A DNA stretch of 64,000 nucleotides from NCBI GenBank assembly GCA_965263355.1, contig CBDHHL010000032.1, positions 1,152,001 through 1,216,000 of the forward strand, written 5' to 3'. Under the pieces are notes generated by a model. The model was not told the DNA's origin. It saw nothing but the letters and a program-made list of their open reading frames with translations, and did no database searches. Below are positions 38,171-49,237 of the stretch, one piece after another. This DNA comes from Leptolyngbyaceae cyanobacterium. Its GTDB lineage: Bacteria > Cyanobacteriota > Cyanobacteriia > Phormidesmidales > Phormidesmidaceae. Each line of letters starts with the position of its first letter. Position 1 is the stretch's first letter. Position numbers and translations under genes: made by a program.

Positions 38171-39055
38171 ATGGGCAGCGATGTTTTAATTTTGACAATC
38201 TATTTTTTGGTAGTGATTTACGTGCTCTACCAAATGGCGCTATCCGTAGAAAACTCGCTGGAAAACAAACTCAAGGTTGATCTTAATCAGGACCTATTGC
38301 TCGATCAGATCAATCAACAGTTGCAGCAACTGCCAGACCCTCAGCAGATTACGGCCCAGGTGGAAGAGTTAAAGATCGAGGGCAAAAAACTACCGCCTCA
38401 GCTAGCCCTCACCGTTACTTCTAGGCTTAATCCTCAGCAAAAACGTAAGGTCGTTGCCAAGGTTGGCCCCATGGGGAAAATGCCCATGGGTGAGTCACTT
38501 ATGGCCCTGGATGTCACCATTGTCAATACCACTAGCGACGCTCAGGTCTTTATCGATTGGGATAAGAGTTCTGTAACTGCAGGCACGACTCGACAGACAC
38601 AACGGGTCGTGCGTTCAGGTATTCCTATTAGTGGTGATTTATCGCGGTCTCAAGTTTTAAGTGTAATTAACCCAGGCGAAGTCTTTTCTACCAAAGTTAC
38701 CGGGGAAAATCGTCTCAGTCTCGATGCTGAAACACGCACCTTAAAGCCTGGCAGACCGTTGATCAATATGCAGGAGGTGGCTAACTATATTTCAATCTTT
38801 ATGGAGGGGCCTGAAGACGACGAGGAGATTCCCCCCATCATGGCCTATAGTTTAGGGCTGATGATCGGCATCCGCCAGATTACCCACGACCAGACAAACC
38901 ATACGGCCTATCTACTATTACCGTTTGCCTTTCAGGCGGTCTTACTACCGGATGAGATTGCCTTTCCCCCCCTACGCTGGCTGCTCAAGCGTCCCCGACC
39001 AGCCAATGCCCGTGATGCTATCAGCACTCTAATTTTGGGTCGCCCGAGACTATAA
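38171..39055 (+). CDS. Hypothetical membrane-anchored protein
   Basis: N-terminal TM helix; FIDWDKSS motif; 294-aa ORF. Confidence 0.7.
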   Translation: MGSDVLILTIYFLVVIYVLYQMALSVENSLENKLKVDLNQDLLLDQINQQLQQLPDPQQITAQVEELKIEGKKLPPQLALTVTSRLNPQQKRKVVAKVGPMGKMPMGESLMALDVTIVNTTSDAQVFIDWDKSSVTAGTTRQTQRVVRSGIPISGDLSRSQVLSVINPGEVFSTKVTGENRLSLDAETRTLKPGRPLINMQEVANYISIFMEGPEDDEEIPPIMAYSLGLMIGIRQITHDQTNHTAYLLLPFAFQAVLLPDEIAFPPLRWLLKRPRPANARDAISTLILGRPRL

Positions 39056-40100
39056 GTAGTTTCAATCGGGTACTAAACTTGAGCCGGGAAATTTCGGTTA
39101 AGTCGGAATTCGCAAAGGGAGTGCATTCCGTTAGGTCATAGGTCAGGGTTTCAGGACTGTGGTTGCGATCGCAGTGGTAAATCCATTGACCTACAGCCTT
39201 TGTCCATCAACACAGATAGTTGTGCGCCCTCAACTCAGAAATCATAAATGCATAGACAAGCTGTAACAAATCAGCCCCTCACCGAAAATATTATAATTCT
39301 GACCCTAAACAGATTTAAGCTTACGTCTTTACCTAAATACAACTAATGTTTTATTTGTACAACACTAGTAAAAATACGGTATTTACATACGGAGTATAGT
39401 ACACAGGCATTTATTACTAGCACCCATTGAAAACCCTATATATTCCATCAAAATAAATTGATTAAAACTCAAAAGCCCTGTTCTTATAAGGTTCCCAAAA
39501 AATACCAATTTATACTGAGTTTTCTTGATGAGAACTCCCCTATGATTTGGACTAGATAGTTACAGGCTACTGAAATGCCCCCGCAGTATGTCTGAAGTAT
39601 CCATCATCTGGGTTTAGTGAAGCATATTAGTCATAAACGGCTGATTGGCTTATAAAAGTAATCTTCTCATTCATCGTCAGAGTCTTAATTTTATCTACTT
39701 CTATCTTAAGTAGCGTCGATTGGTGCTGCTACCGACATGTTGAATTCGTGTCAATCTCTCAAACTAGCATTACGTCAAGTTCAAAACTTTCGATAGGGCA
39801 GTAAGTGGTGATCTTATCCTAAGTTTATCAAAGGTTGGTGAGTAGTATCTCATAGATAACAGTTATCTTATCAATCACCTCTTACACCCTAAGACTGGAA
39901 CTTGACAGACTACGGATGGAGAAAAACGCATCTAGATTGAAACCTGTCTTGCTTTTACGGTGGAATAGCCGTTATGTAGGCACACCAAGGGTTTAATACT
40001 GTCAGGGAACAAGCAAAAAAGCGCATTTGGACTCAGGTCCACGGCCAACCTTGGCCGCTACTATCCCGTTATCCTCGCTGCCAAATTTTGGATAGTTTTT

Positions 40101-41249
40101 ATGACTGCTACACTTCTTTCCCCAAAAAACACAACCACAGTAAAGCCGTCGATTACTATTATTGTCTCTCCACGAGAAAATTTTAGCTACACAAAGCAGG
40201 CTCTAGAAAGTATATATAAACATACGCGTGTATCATTTGAGTTGGTGTATGTTGATACTGGTTCTCCGAGACATATCCAAAAGTATCTAGTTAGGGCAGC
40301 TGCCCAGAAAGGGTTTACTCTCCTGCGCACGGATCATTTCCTCTCTCCTAATCAAGCGCGAAACCTGGGCCTTAGCCAAGCTACCACAGATTATGTTGTT
40401 TTTATCGACAACGATATTCATGTTTCACCCGGCTGGTTAGAGCACCTTTGGTACTGTGCTAAAGATACCAACGCTGCAGTAGTTTCACCCCTTATCTGTA
40501 TTGGCAAACCACTGCATGATCGAATTCATTTAGCAGGAGGAGAAGCCAGAATTTTTATGGATATTAAGGGTGCTTATATCCGTCGTCGTCTCTATGAGAA
40601 ACGATTTCTGGTCAATCGTTCCGTCGCTACTATCAAACATCAGCTCCATAGACGCTCCTGCGAATTTACAGAATTAAACTGCACCCTGGTTAAACGTGAT
40701 ATCTTCAAACAAATTGGTTCTTTAGATGAAAATCTATTCAGCTCTCAAGAGGGCATGGACTTTTCTCTGAGTGTCAACCAGGTTAAGGGGCAGATGTTTT
40801 GCGAGCCAGCTGCAGTTGTCACCCATGTTCCACAGACTTCCTATCGCTGGGCTGATCTAGCATATTTTATGCTGCGCTGGAGTGACACCTGGGAAGTAGA
40901 AAGTCTGATGCACTTTCAAAACAAATGGGACTTAGATATGGATCACTATTTTTTAAAGCGTTACAAACGGCTAGGCCATCGTCGTCATCAGGCATTTCTA
41001 TATCCGCTTCTACGTCAGTTGACCAGAGGTCGTGACATTTCTTGGCTAAAGAATATTGCCATTCAACTAGAACAGTGGCTAAACCAAATAGTTACAGACC
41101 GCTACGCTCAGCTACCCTGCCACACTGTCAAAAAGTTCACCCCTGCCTTATCCACTCCCTACAAAGCTCCTGAAAAAAAAGCATTAGAATGGTCAATCCT
41201 AAACAAACATAACCATCGGCGACTTCACCCTCATCTAATGCTCCATTAG
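40101..41249 (+). CDS. Glycosyltransferase family 2
   Basis: ITIIVSPRE, PNQARNLG, VVFIDND, WLEHL. Confidence 0.88.
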   Translation: MTATLLSPKNTTTVKPSITIIVSPRENFSYTKQALESIYKHTRVSFELVYVDTGSPRHIQKYLVRAAAQKGFTLLRTDHFLSPNQARNLGLSQATTDYVVFIDNDIHVSPGWLEHLWYCAKDTNAAVVSPLICIGKPLHDRIHLAGGEARIFMDIKGAYIRRRLYEKRFLVNRSVATIKHQLHRRSCEFTELNCTLVKRDIFKQIGSLDENLFSSQEGMDFSLSVNQVKGQMFCEPAAVVTHVPQTSYRWADLAYFMLRWSDTWEVESLMHFQNKWDLDMDHYFLKRYKRLGHRRHQAFLYPLLRQLTRGRDISWLKNIAIQLEQWLNQIVTDRYAQLPCHTVKKFTPALSTPYKAPEKKALEWSILNKHNHRRLHPHLMLH

Positions 41250-41421
41250 ACATCATTAAGCTGTCGTTAAAACGACTATAGAAATACCTAAACCACTCTA
41301 AAGACTTATTTTTCCTTGATTACATAGGAAAAATTCTCTTTCCCTCGGCCATATCGTTTGTGCTGGACGTGGGCAACACTGACCTGCATGTGTGCATACA
41401 ACTTTCTTTGAGCAAATGATT

Positions 41422-42450
41422 ATGAAAACACAAGCTCTTGCGCCACGCAATACTACCAATTCGCTTTCAACACCGTCTATTACCTTAATAGTATCTCCAC
41501 GGGAGCGATTTGGCTATGTCCAACCATCACTAGAAAGCATTTACAAACACACTAAACTACCGTTTGAGTTAGTGTATATTGACATTGATTCTCCTGGATA
41601 TCTGCGCAACTATTTAGCCAAGGCAGCCGCTAAAAACCACTTTACTCTGCTACGAACTAATCGTTTTCTGTCGCCAAATCAGGTGCGTAATCTGGGGTTA
41701 AGTCAAGCAACTACAGACTACGTGCTGTTTATCGATAATGATATCCATGTTTCTCCTGGCTGGCTAGAAAGTCTCTGGCAATGTGCTCAGGAAACAGATG
41801 CAACAGTTGTTGCACCACTTGTTTGCGTTGGGAAACCACTGCATGAGCGAATTCTGATGGCTGGCGGAGAGATCAGGCTTTTCCTGGAAACAAATGGAAA
41901 GCATGAGCATCGACGTTTATACAAAAAATGTCATCTGGTTAACCGGTCGGCAACTATGATGAAACGTCAGCTACATCAACGCACCTGTGACTACGCGGAG
42001 TTAAGTTGTGTATTAGTTAAGCGAGATATCTTTCAGGACATTGGCCCATTGGATGAAAGATTGTTAAATTCTCAAGAGCACCTTGATTTTTGTCTTAGCG
42101 TCTCTCGGGCTGGTGGGAAAATTTATTGTGAACCTGCCGCAGTGGTTACCTATGTCCCTGAGGTACCGCGTCGGTGGTCAGAGCTAATTTATTTTATGCT
42201 GCGTTGGAGTGATGCCTGGGAAGCTGAAAGTTTGATTCATTTTCAGAAGAAATGGGCACTGGACATGGATCGGGATTTTATGTTGCGTTTTCGACATCTG
42301 GGACATCAGCGTCATCAGATATTGTTACTGCCATTATTACGTCGACTAACGGCAGGACGTCGGGTACGTTGGGTGGAAAAGTTAGCAATTCAACTAGAGC
42401 GTTGGTTTAATCAGTATCTGACAAACCGTTATAAACGATTGTCCAGGTAA
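41422..42450 (+). CDS. Glycosyltransferase family 2, paralog of the upstream gene
   Basis: Same motifs (VSPRE, FIDND, YFMLRWSD); ATG at 41422. Confidence 0.88.
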   Translation: MKTQALAPRNTTNSLSTPSITLIVSPRERFGYVQPSLESIYKHTKLPFELVYIDIDSPGYLRNYLAKAAAKNHFTLLRTNRFLSPNQVRNLGLSQATTDYVLFIDNDIHVSPGWLESLWQCAQETDATVVAPLVCVGKPLHERILMAGGEIRLFLETNGKHEHRRLYKKCHLVNRSATMMKRQLHQRTCDYAELSCVLVKRDIFQDIGPLDERLLNSQEHLDFCLSVSRAGGKIYCEPAAVVTYVPEVPRRWSELIYFMLRWSDAWEAESLIHFQKKWALDMDRDFMLRFRHLGHQRHQILLLPLLRRLTAGRRVRWVEKLAIQLERWFNQYLTNRYKRLSR

Positions 42451-42475
42451 GTTAACCACTCAGGTTATGATCTAC

Positions 42476-42732
42476 AGCCGCAGAACTTTGGCAATTATCC
42501 GACAACTTTCCCCTCCGGGGAGGGGCTCCGGGGTGGGTCCCCTAGAAGTTGTCTAAAATTGAATCGGGCATTAGCGTCAGCGGTTAACTCACCCTGCCCA
42601 AGGGGCATCCCTCCCGAGAGGGGATATTCTTCTAGATAAACTTGTTTACGCAAAATAGCCCTTTAGCCGCAGAATTTTGGTAATTGTCCGACAACTTTCC
42701 CCTCCAAGGAGGGGTTTCGGGATGAGTCCCCT
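42476..42732. repeat. Two ~68-bp direct repeats with internal CCCCTCC/GGAGGGG hairpins
   Basis: 42476-42543 and 42665-42732 align closely; a related inverted half lies at about 42588-42622. Confidence 0.75.
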
Positions 42733-42740
42733 GAGCATTC

Positions 42741-43304
42741 CTAACCACCAAATGCCTTCTTAATCTTCTTACAAATCTCAACCAAAGCTTTGTTTTGCTC
42801 AGAAGCACTAAGGCTATCAAGAGGATGATTAGGCTCATGGGCAGCCTGATATTTTTCAATCGGACTATCCTGGTAAGTGCTATGGCTAATCGGCACCCAA
42901 ATAATTGTCAGCCCCTCATTCTCAGCGGCATCTAATAACGGAGGCAGCTCATTCTCATGGATAAAATCTGACGCCAGAAAGTCTTGACTCACCAACAGCA
43001 CCGCCACCTTTGCAGACGCCAACGCTTTTTCAATTTCCTTACGCCATTCATCCCCAGCTTGAATGCGTCGATCATCCCATGTGGCAATGGAACCGTTACG
43101 CTCTAATGATTTGAGAAAGGTTTGTAGTTTCTCAAGCCACTCTTTATCCTTATGACTATAGCTAATAAAAACCTGGTTTCTTTCAACCTTCTGCGGCTTA
43201 TGAGCATTTGAATAATACTCAACATGCTGATCCTTTAGATGCTCGTATGCTTCTTGCTCATCCTTGTTATCTCGTCCTAAAATACGATCAGGTCCTGATA
43301 ACAC
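42741..43304 (-). CDS. TIR domain (TIR_2), probably the C-terminal remnant of a larger protein
   Basis: VFISYSHKD, WDDRRI, AVLLVSQDFLASDFIHENELP. Confidence 0.75.
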   Translation of the reverse strand: MLSGPDRILGRDNKDEQEAYEHLKDQHVEYYSNAHKPQKVERNQVFISYSHKDKEWLEKLQTFLKSLERNGSIATWDDRRIQAGDEWRKEIEKALASAKVAVLLVSQDFLASDFIHENELPPLLDAAENEGLTIIWVPISHSTYQDSPIEKYQAAHEPNHPLDSLSASEQNKALVEICKKIKKAFGG

Positions 43305-43659
43305 AGCTGTGAGACGGCGAATCCTGGCAGGTTTTACTTTTCTCTATTATGGCAGTCAAAACCTGCTTCCAGAACAATTCGTTGTCAATGCTGGCTATGG
43401 TGACTTAGCCGTAGGTTTTCTTGTCCCCATCATTCTCTTAGGTAAGCAAAGCATTCAAAAGTACATCGTGTTTCACTTGTTTGGCCAGCTTGATTTTATT
43501 ATCGCCGTCGGTACTGGGCTTACCTTTATTGTCCTTCAGGTCCCTCTGATGGAGAATATTACTACTTTCCCCATCGTACTTATTCCTCTGTTTGGCGTTC
43601 CACTTACGGGAGCGAGCAGCATTATGGCCATTGATGTATTGCTTAGACAACGACGGTAA
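43300..43659 (+). pseudogene. 5'-truncated membrane protein
   Basis: RILAGF...AGYGDLAVG...FPIVLIPLFGVP; no proper start, abuts the TIR fragment. Confidence 0.55.
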
Positions 43660-43845
43660 CTGACTTCTCGTTAATGTGAAATTTTGTGTAAGGAATGCTC
43701 CTACATTCAGGTTTGATACAACATCTCATATCTCCCAAAGAAAAAATGAGGTCTTAATCAATCCCATAGATAGTGATAATACAAAGCATCAATACATCAC
43801 ACGGGGCAGCCATGTTAGGCTCAAAGCCTACCATGACCCTGCCCT

Positions 43846-45030
43846 ATGAAATCTGCCAAATCTCAGGTTGCTCTACTGGCCCTTTGTCAGGCGACGGCCA
43901 TGACCACCAACACTGTCTTAGTCACCGTAGCCGCCCTTATCGGCTATGCCCTGGCTACGGATAAAGCCATGGCCACTGTTCCCCTGGCCATGCGCCAGGT
44001 GGCTACCATGATTGCTACTATCCCGGCGTCATTATTGATGCAGCGCATTGGTCGACGCGGCGGGTTTCTGGTGGGCACAATTATAGGACTGGTCGGTGCA
44101 GGCATTGGTATTTATAGTCTCACCATCGCCCATTTTTGGTTGTTTACACTGTCCACCACATTGTTTGGTGTCTCCAATAGCTTTGTTGGCTACTATCGCT
44201 TTGCTGCAGCTGATTTAGCTGATAAGGCATTTCGCCCCCAAGCGATTTCCTGGGTGTTGGCTGGGGGTATCATCGCAGCCATTCTGGGACCATGGGTGGC
44301 AACGGGCTCCAAAGAATGGTTTAACAGTGATTTGTATATCGGTGCTCTAGTGGCGATATTGGGACTGCAACTGTTCACCAGCTTTTTGTTGTTAGGGTTA
44401 CACGTTCCGTCGACGACAGCAGAACACAACAATCAAAATACTCGCTCCCTGCCTAAGATTATGGGACAGCCTAAATTTTTGGTTGCCACCCTGGGCAGTA
44501 CCGTTAGCTACAGTGTCATGGTGTTTATTATGACCGCTACACCATTGGCCATGGCAGTCGAAACACATTCATTCGACCAAACGGCAGCGGTAATTCAGTG
44601 GCATGTGCTAGGTATGTTTGCCCCTTCATTGATAACGGGCTGGCTAATTAAGCGCCTGGGCGTATTGCAAATTATTATGATCGGAGCTGTGTTGAACTTG
44701 GGTTGCGTAGGGCTCAATCTGACAGGCACCACATTCTGGCACTTTGCCATCGCTCTATTGCTTCTGGGGCTGGGCTGGAATTTTATGTATGTGGGGTCTA
44801 CTACCCTATTAACAGACACCTACATGCCTGCAGAGAAAGGTAAAGTACAGGCCATCCACGACTTTATTGTGTTTAGCGTTGTCGCCCTGGCTACGTTTCT
44901 GGCAGGACGGATATTCCACCGGTTTGACTGGGCTATGCTTAATCAGGTGAGCTGGCCGCTGGTGATCTTTACTCTGTTGGCAGTGTTATGGTTGTGGCAA
45001 ACGCGATCGCAACATCAACGCCAAGTTTAA
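43846..45030 (+). CDS. MFS transporter
   Basis: About 12 TM helices; YRFAAAD, IQWHVLGMFAPS, GLGWNF. Confidence 0.9.
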   Translation: MKSAKSQVALLALCQATAMTTNTVLVTVAALIGYALATDKAMATVPLAMRQVATMIATIPASLLMQRIGRRGGFLVGTIIGLVGAGIGIYSLTIAHFWLFTLSTTLFGVSNSFVGYYRFAAADLADKAFRPQAISWVLAGGIIAAILGPWVATGSKEWFNSDLYIGALVAILGLQLFTSFLLLGLHVPSTTAEHNNQNTRSLPKIMGQPKFLVATLGSTVSYSVMVFIMTATPLAMAVETHSFDQTAAVIQWHVLGMFAPSLITGWLIKRLGVLQIIMIGAVLNLGCVGLNLTGTTFWHFAIALLLLGLGWNFMYVGSTTLLTDTYMPAEKGKVQAIHDFIVFSVVALATFLAGRIFHRFDWAMLNQVSWPLVIFTLLAVLWLWQTRSQHQRQV

Positions 45031-45054
45031 CAGTTAGTCCCGACTCAGTTAACA

Positions 45055-45558
45055 CTATAAGAAGGGATTCACACCGCCCCCAGTCACCTCACATACATAA
45101 TTCAGCACGACTGGTGCCCGAGGTGCGCCCTCCAACGCTGGTGGATACTGCGTCACCTTTAGGTATTCGCTGTCATCAGAGTCCCAGTAATCCAGCAAAA
45201 CAATATCATAGGACAATGCATCATCCGCAGAATTGCCTGTAAATGCATACTCCCAAGCCCAGGGTTCACCAAACTCGTTATAGTCAGCAGATGGTCCCAA
45301 CTGACGGCTCCCTGTCCAAAATTGCGGAAAATCTGAATCTTCACTCGTTAAGAAAAGACCACCTTGGGCCGTAAATAGCCTGACGTCTAGCGACCCTAAG
45401 CCTTCCTGACTAGCGCAACCGTAGTCAAGGTAAAACCCCAAGGGTGGATTAAAAGACTCATACTGTGCCTGTGCCATGGGGCAGACAATAGTCAACGCAG
45501 CACTAATGCTGATAGAAATTGTAAGTGACGGTTTCATTAGACTCATTTGCTTACCCAT
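45055..45558 (-). CDS. Secreted hypothetical protein
   Basis: Signal peptide ending AQA; acidic mature part. Confidence 0.6.
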   Translation of the reverse strand: MGKQMSLMKPSLTISISISAALTIVCPMAQAQYESFNPPLGFYLDYGCASQEGLGSLDVRLFTAQGGLFLTSEDSDFPQFWTGSRQLGPSADYNEFGEPWAWEYAFTGNSADDALSYDIVLLDYWDSDDSEYLKVTQYPPALEGAPRAPVVLNYVCEVTGGGVNPFL

Positions 45559-45783
45559 GTATGAAAATCACAACAGCTAGATTACAGTCGCTATTACCAG
45601 AGACATGTTTCCCCGCAAATTAAGATCGCTATCGATACGGGGTAACCACCTCAGCCACTAAAGTCAGGATGAAGCCAACGCATCTGCCAATAGTATGAAA
45701 CAGTTTGAGCGGGTCGAAGTCACCAGCTGCGACCAGTGGCATACCTGGCAGGCCAACAACCACATCCAAATTATCTAACATCT

Positions 45784-46257
45784 ATGACAACCACATCCTC
45801 AGGGCAAATTATCCAAATCAATATCTCCGATGGGGGCACTCCAAAACTCCCCATCCCTGAAGCCAAAATTACATTAGACGGACTCATTGGCGATCGTCAG
45901 CGCAACCTGAAATATCATGGTGGTCCAGATCGTGCTGTTTGTCTTTGGTCTGCCGATATTATCCAAACCTTGCAAAACGAAGGGCATCCGATTGAGCCTG
46001 GCAGCGCTGGTGAAAACATTACCGTCGCAGGACTCATCTGGGAACAGCTTGTACCTGATACACAACTTCAACTAGGAGACACAGTGCGTTTGTTAATTAC
46101 TGACTATGCCGCCCCCTGTCGTCACATTGGGCGCTATTTTAGTGACCGTCGCTATAGCCGTATTAGTCAAAAGCACAACCCTGGTACCAGTCGTCTCTAC
46201 ACCCGTGTTCTCTCTCCTGGCATTGTACATATCGGCAATAGCGTGCAGGTGCTTTAA
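45784..46257 (+). CDS. MOSC-domain protein
   Basis: GGTPK, GDRQ...HGGPDRAVCLW, AGENIT, PC. Confidence 0.88.
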   Translation: MTTTSSGQIIQINISDGGTPKLPIPEAKITLDGLIGDRQRNLKYHGGPDRAVCLWSADIIQTLQNEGHPIEPGSAGENITVAGLIWEQLVPDTQLQLGDTVRLLITDYAAPCRHIGRYFSDRRYSRISQKHNPGTSRLYTRVLSPGIVHIGNSVQVL

Positions 46258-46349
46258 TTAGTCCCCTGGTGAGAAAATAACAATATTTCTAAGCTTCTAG
46301 AAACTAGATTTATTGGCGTATTCGATGTCATGCGAATGAAATAGCGGCA

Positions 46350-46665
46350 ATGAATGATCTCGCAATCGTATTTGTTATTAAGATTGTTTTTACTTTATTG
46401 CTATGGTGCCTGCCACTGTTATTCTTTCCTGAGAGTCTCTTAATTAAGTTAGGCTTACCAAAGCCTTCTAGTATAGCCTTTTTGCGGCTTTTGGGAATAG
46501 CCGATGGGAATTATTAGCAACGGCGGAGCTTGTCTTATCCTTCTCATCCATGGACTTCTAGGTACCTGGCAAGAATGGAAATAGCTACCTGCCAAAATCA
46601 TGATGTGGCTCTCACTTATCGTAACGGGTGGCATTACAGTTGGTCTTATTGTCACTGGGTTGTGA
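46350..46665 (+). pseudogene. Small membrane protein pseudogene (frameshift/deletion and internal stop)
   Basis: MNDLAIVFVIKIVFTLLLWCLPLL...FLRLLG, then in another frame GIISNGGACLILL...WK*LPAK. Confidence 0.55.
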
Positions 46666-46823
46666 GCTGAGCTTCGGGCTATACAGCTAACGTTGCTTGA
46701 CGCTGGCGAAAGTAGTCCACCGGAAAATCAATCGCCCGACGGCCCCGCAGGGGCAAATGTTGACGATTGGAATATACAATTCAGGTCGTCCGATTCCGAT
46801 CCCATTGTCAGGTAGTTATCACT

Positions 46824-47620
46824 ATGGGCCTATTAATTGGTGGCGTGTGGCACGACCAATGGTACGATACCAGCGGTAATGAGAGGCATTTTGTTCGCAA
46901 AGCCTCTTGGTTTCGCAATTGGATTACTTCTGACGGTAATCCTGGCCCGACAGGTTAAGGCGGCTTTAAAGCAGAACCTGGGCGCTATCATCTCTATGTC
47001 TCCTATGCCTATTCCTGGGCGCACCGCACACTTATTTTGCACATCCTAAAAGGGCTAGAAGAGATGGTTCTATCTCTGTTGTCCATTGGTTTATGGATAA
47101 AAAGGGGTAGGCTTTTGAGCCAAGGGAAGGCATCATTGCTGATTCCCTGTTTAATGCTAAAGTTTTACACAAAGTTTACACCCAGACCGACCCGAACTAT
47201 ATTGGTCGGATAACCGTACCTGTTTTGTGGGATAAACAAACTCAAACTATTGTTAACAACGAATCTGCTGAAATTATTCGTATGTTTAACAGCGCGTTTG
47301 ATCAAGTCGGCGCTAACCCAGGAGACTACTACGCTGCAGACCTCAGGGAAGAAATAGATAGCCTGAGTAAGCGTATTTACAATACGGTCAACAACGGCGT
47401 GTACAAGGGCGGATTTGCGATGACCCAAACAGCCTATGAGGAAGCATTCTTATGGGGATACCCACGTGAGCTATATCAATTACCCGGTATTGCGCAAACA
47501 GTGAATTTTTCAAACATAAAGCGCCATTATTACCAAAGTCATGAAATCATTAATCCCATTAGAATTGTTCCTGAAGGGCCAGAAATCAACTTTATGAAGC
47601 CCCACAATCAAGAACTGTAA
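46824..47620 (+). pseudogene. Glutathionyl-hydroquinone reductase (YqjG/ECM4-type GST) pseudogene
   Basis: MGLLIGGVWHDQWY, FRNWIT, GRYHLYVSYA.SWAHRTL, VPVLWDK, NNESAEII, NNGVYK, IKRHYY, with stops, frameshifts and a large deletion. Confidence 0.85.
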
Positions 47621-47721
47621 AGGATATCTTCAGCTTTTAATAGGTAACAGTATCCCACTTGAACACATTTAAGTTAGAATGCTGAAGCGATGAATGTCGA
47701 TGAAAATCAATATATTAGGAT

Positions 47722-48516
47722 ATGCTCGGAGTCATTCTTGGAGATGCGTTTGGTTCTGCCCATCAACGCACCAAAGTCCAAGACTTTGAACTGATTACGC
47801 CGGATAGCCACTGGACAGAGAATACGATTTTTACGCTGGCGACTGCGGACTATTTGCTATATGGTGGTGAGTACGAGGAAAGCTACACACGCTGGTATAG
47901 CTGGTACCCTGAGATAAAGGGAGGGTACAACGATAGCTTTAGTGAGTGGGCTAAGACAAATGGCGCAAAGCCTTACTACAGTTGTCGTAATGATGGGGCA
48001 TTGCGAGCAGCTCCCATTGCCTATGCCTTCGATAATCTTAAGGAAGTGATGGAAGAAGCTGAGCGGTCTGCCCTCGTCAGTCATAACCATCCCGAAGGTA
48101 TCAAAGGAGCCCAGGCAACTGCTGCTGCAATCTTTCTAGCTAAGGAAAAAGCGCCTAAACAAACCATTTCAGATCTGTTAACCAGTATTTTTGGCTATAA
48201 CTTTGAGACCTCCTATGGGGAGTTACAACAGACTTATCAGTTTAGTTGTCTAGCCGCCGATACTGTTGAGGCCGCCATTATTGCATTTCTGCATTCGAAG
48301 GACTTCGAAGATGCCGTTCGCAAGGCTATCTATCTCGGCGGTGATGCTAAAAGTTTGGCAGCTATTGCAGGTGGCATTGCTGAAGCGTTTTATCCAAAGG
48401 TGCCTAAATCTCTACAGAATTTAGGATGGCAACTCCTTGACGAAGGTCAGCAAGACCTAATTAGTGAGTTTCAGGCTGAGTTTGTAAGGGAGATTGCTCC
48501 AGTGCAAGCGGCTTAG
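47722..48516 (+). CDS. ADP-ribosylglycohydrolase-family protein with degenerate metal sites
   Basis: MLGVILGDAFGS, SHNHPEGIKGA, FEDAVR; TDD appears as TEN and DxDT as DAKS. Confidence 0.8.
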   Translation: MLGVILGDAFGSAHQRTKVQDFELITPDSHWTENTIFTLATADYLLYGGEYEESYTRWYSWYPEIKGGYNDSFSEWAKTNGAKPYYSCRNDGALRAAPIAYAFDNLKEVMEEAERSALVSHNHPEGIKGAQATAAAIFLAKEKAPKQTISDLLTSIFGYNFETSYGELQQTYQFSCLAADTVEAAIIAFLHSKDFEDAVRKAIYLGGDAKSLAAIAGGIAEAFYPKVPKSLQNLGWQLLDEGQQDLISEFQAEFVREIAPVQAA

Positions 48517-48562
48517 TTAGCAAGTTGGCATATCAAGGTGATTATCGAACTTTACTTTACTT

Positions 48563-48841
48563 TTACACATCACCCTTGTACGAAGAACTCCAACCGAGTA
48601 ACTTCTTTAGTTTCTGACCTGGATTAAATTTGAAAGCGGTTGAATCTCTTCTTTGGCTCAGATAAAAGCTCCCAAATCCAGTTAGAGTGACTCCTTGTCC
48701 TTCTCTAAAGGTCTCGTAAAGCGAATCGGTTATACCATCAAGCCATTTACCTGCTATCTCTTCATTAGTTCCCATTCTTGATGCAAGTTTTGCAACAAAT
48801 TCTTGCTTAGATAGTGAACGTCTGGAACTGCTAAATTGCAT
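48563..48841 (-). CDS. HU/IHF-like DNA-binding protein
   Basis: VTLTGFGSF, FKFNPGQKLK. Confidence 0.78.
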   Translation of the reverse strand: MQFSSSRRSLSKQEFVAKLASRMGTNEEIAGKWLDGITDSLYETFREGQGVTLTGFGSFYLSQRRDSTAFKFNPGQKLKKLLGWSSSYKGDV

Positions 48842-48981
48842 TGTTATCCACGTCGGTAAGGAATGAGTTGAGAATAACCAAGATACATCATTACAGCTAA
48901 GTTAGATTCCTGGGTTTCTTCTACGAAAATCTAAAGTCTTTGGCTGCTGATACCGCCACACAAGACATTGATCAGTACTGG

Positions 48982-49191
48982 CTAACCGTCGGGAAATTGC
49001 CAGCAGGCGATTGCCTCTACATTTAGACTGCCACAATGAGGACAGGCTACTTTCCCAGAGGCCACCCATTCTTCATTACACTGGCGACAATGGCAGAATA
49101 CATTATTGCGATTTGCCTCCGCCAGACAACGCTGCCATTCAGCCAGTTCTTCTGGAGTCATCTGTTGTGGCCAATTGTTCTTTTCCGTCAT
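48982..49191 (-). CDS. Small Zn-ribbon hypothetical protein
   Basis: HCRQC...CPHCGS, CWQFPDG. Confidence 0.65.
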   Translation of the reverse strand: MTEKNNWPQQMTPEELAEWQRCLAEANRNNVFCHCRQCNEEWVASGKVACPHCGSLNVEAIACWQFPDG

Positions 49192-49237
49192 CAGTTCTGT
49201 CCTCTTCTATCAACTGCCACAGCTAAATCACTAGAAG

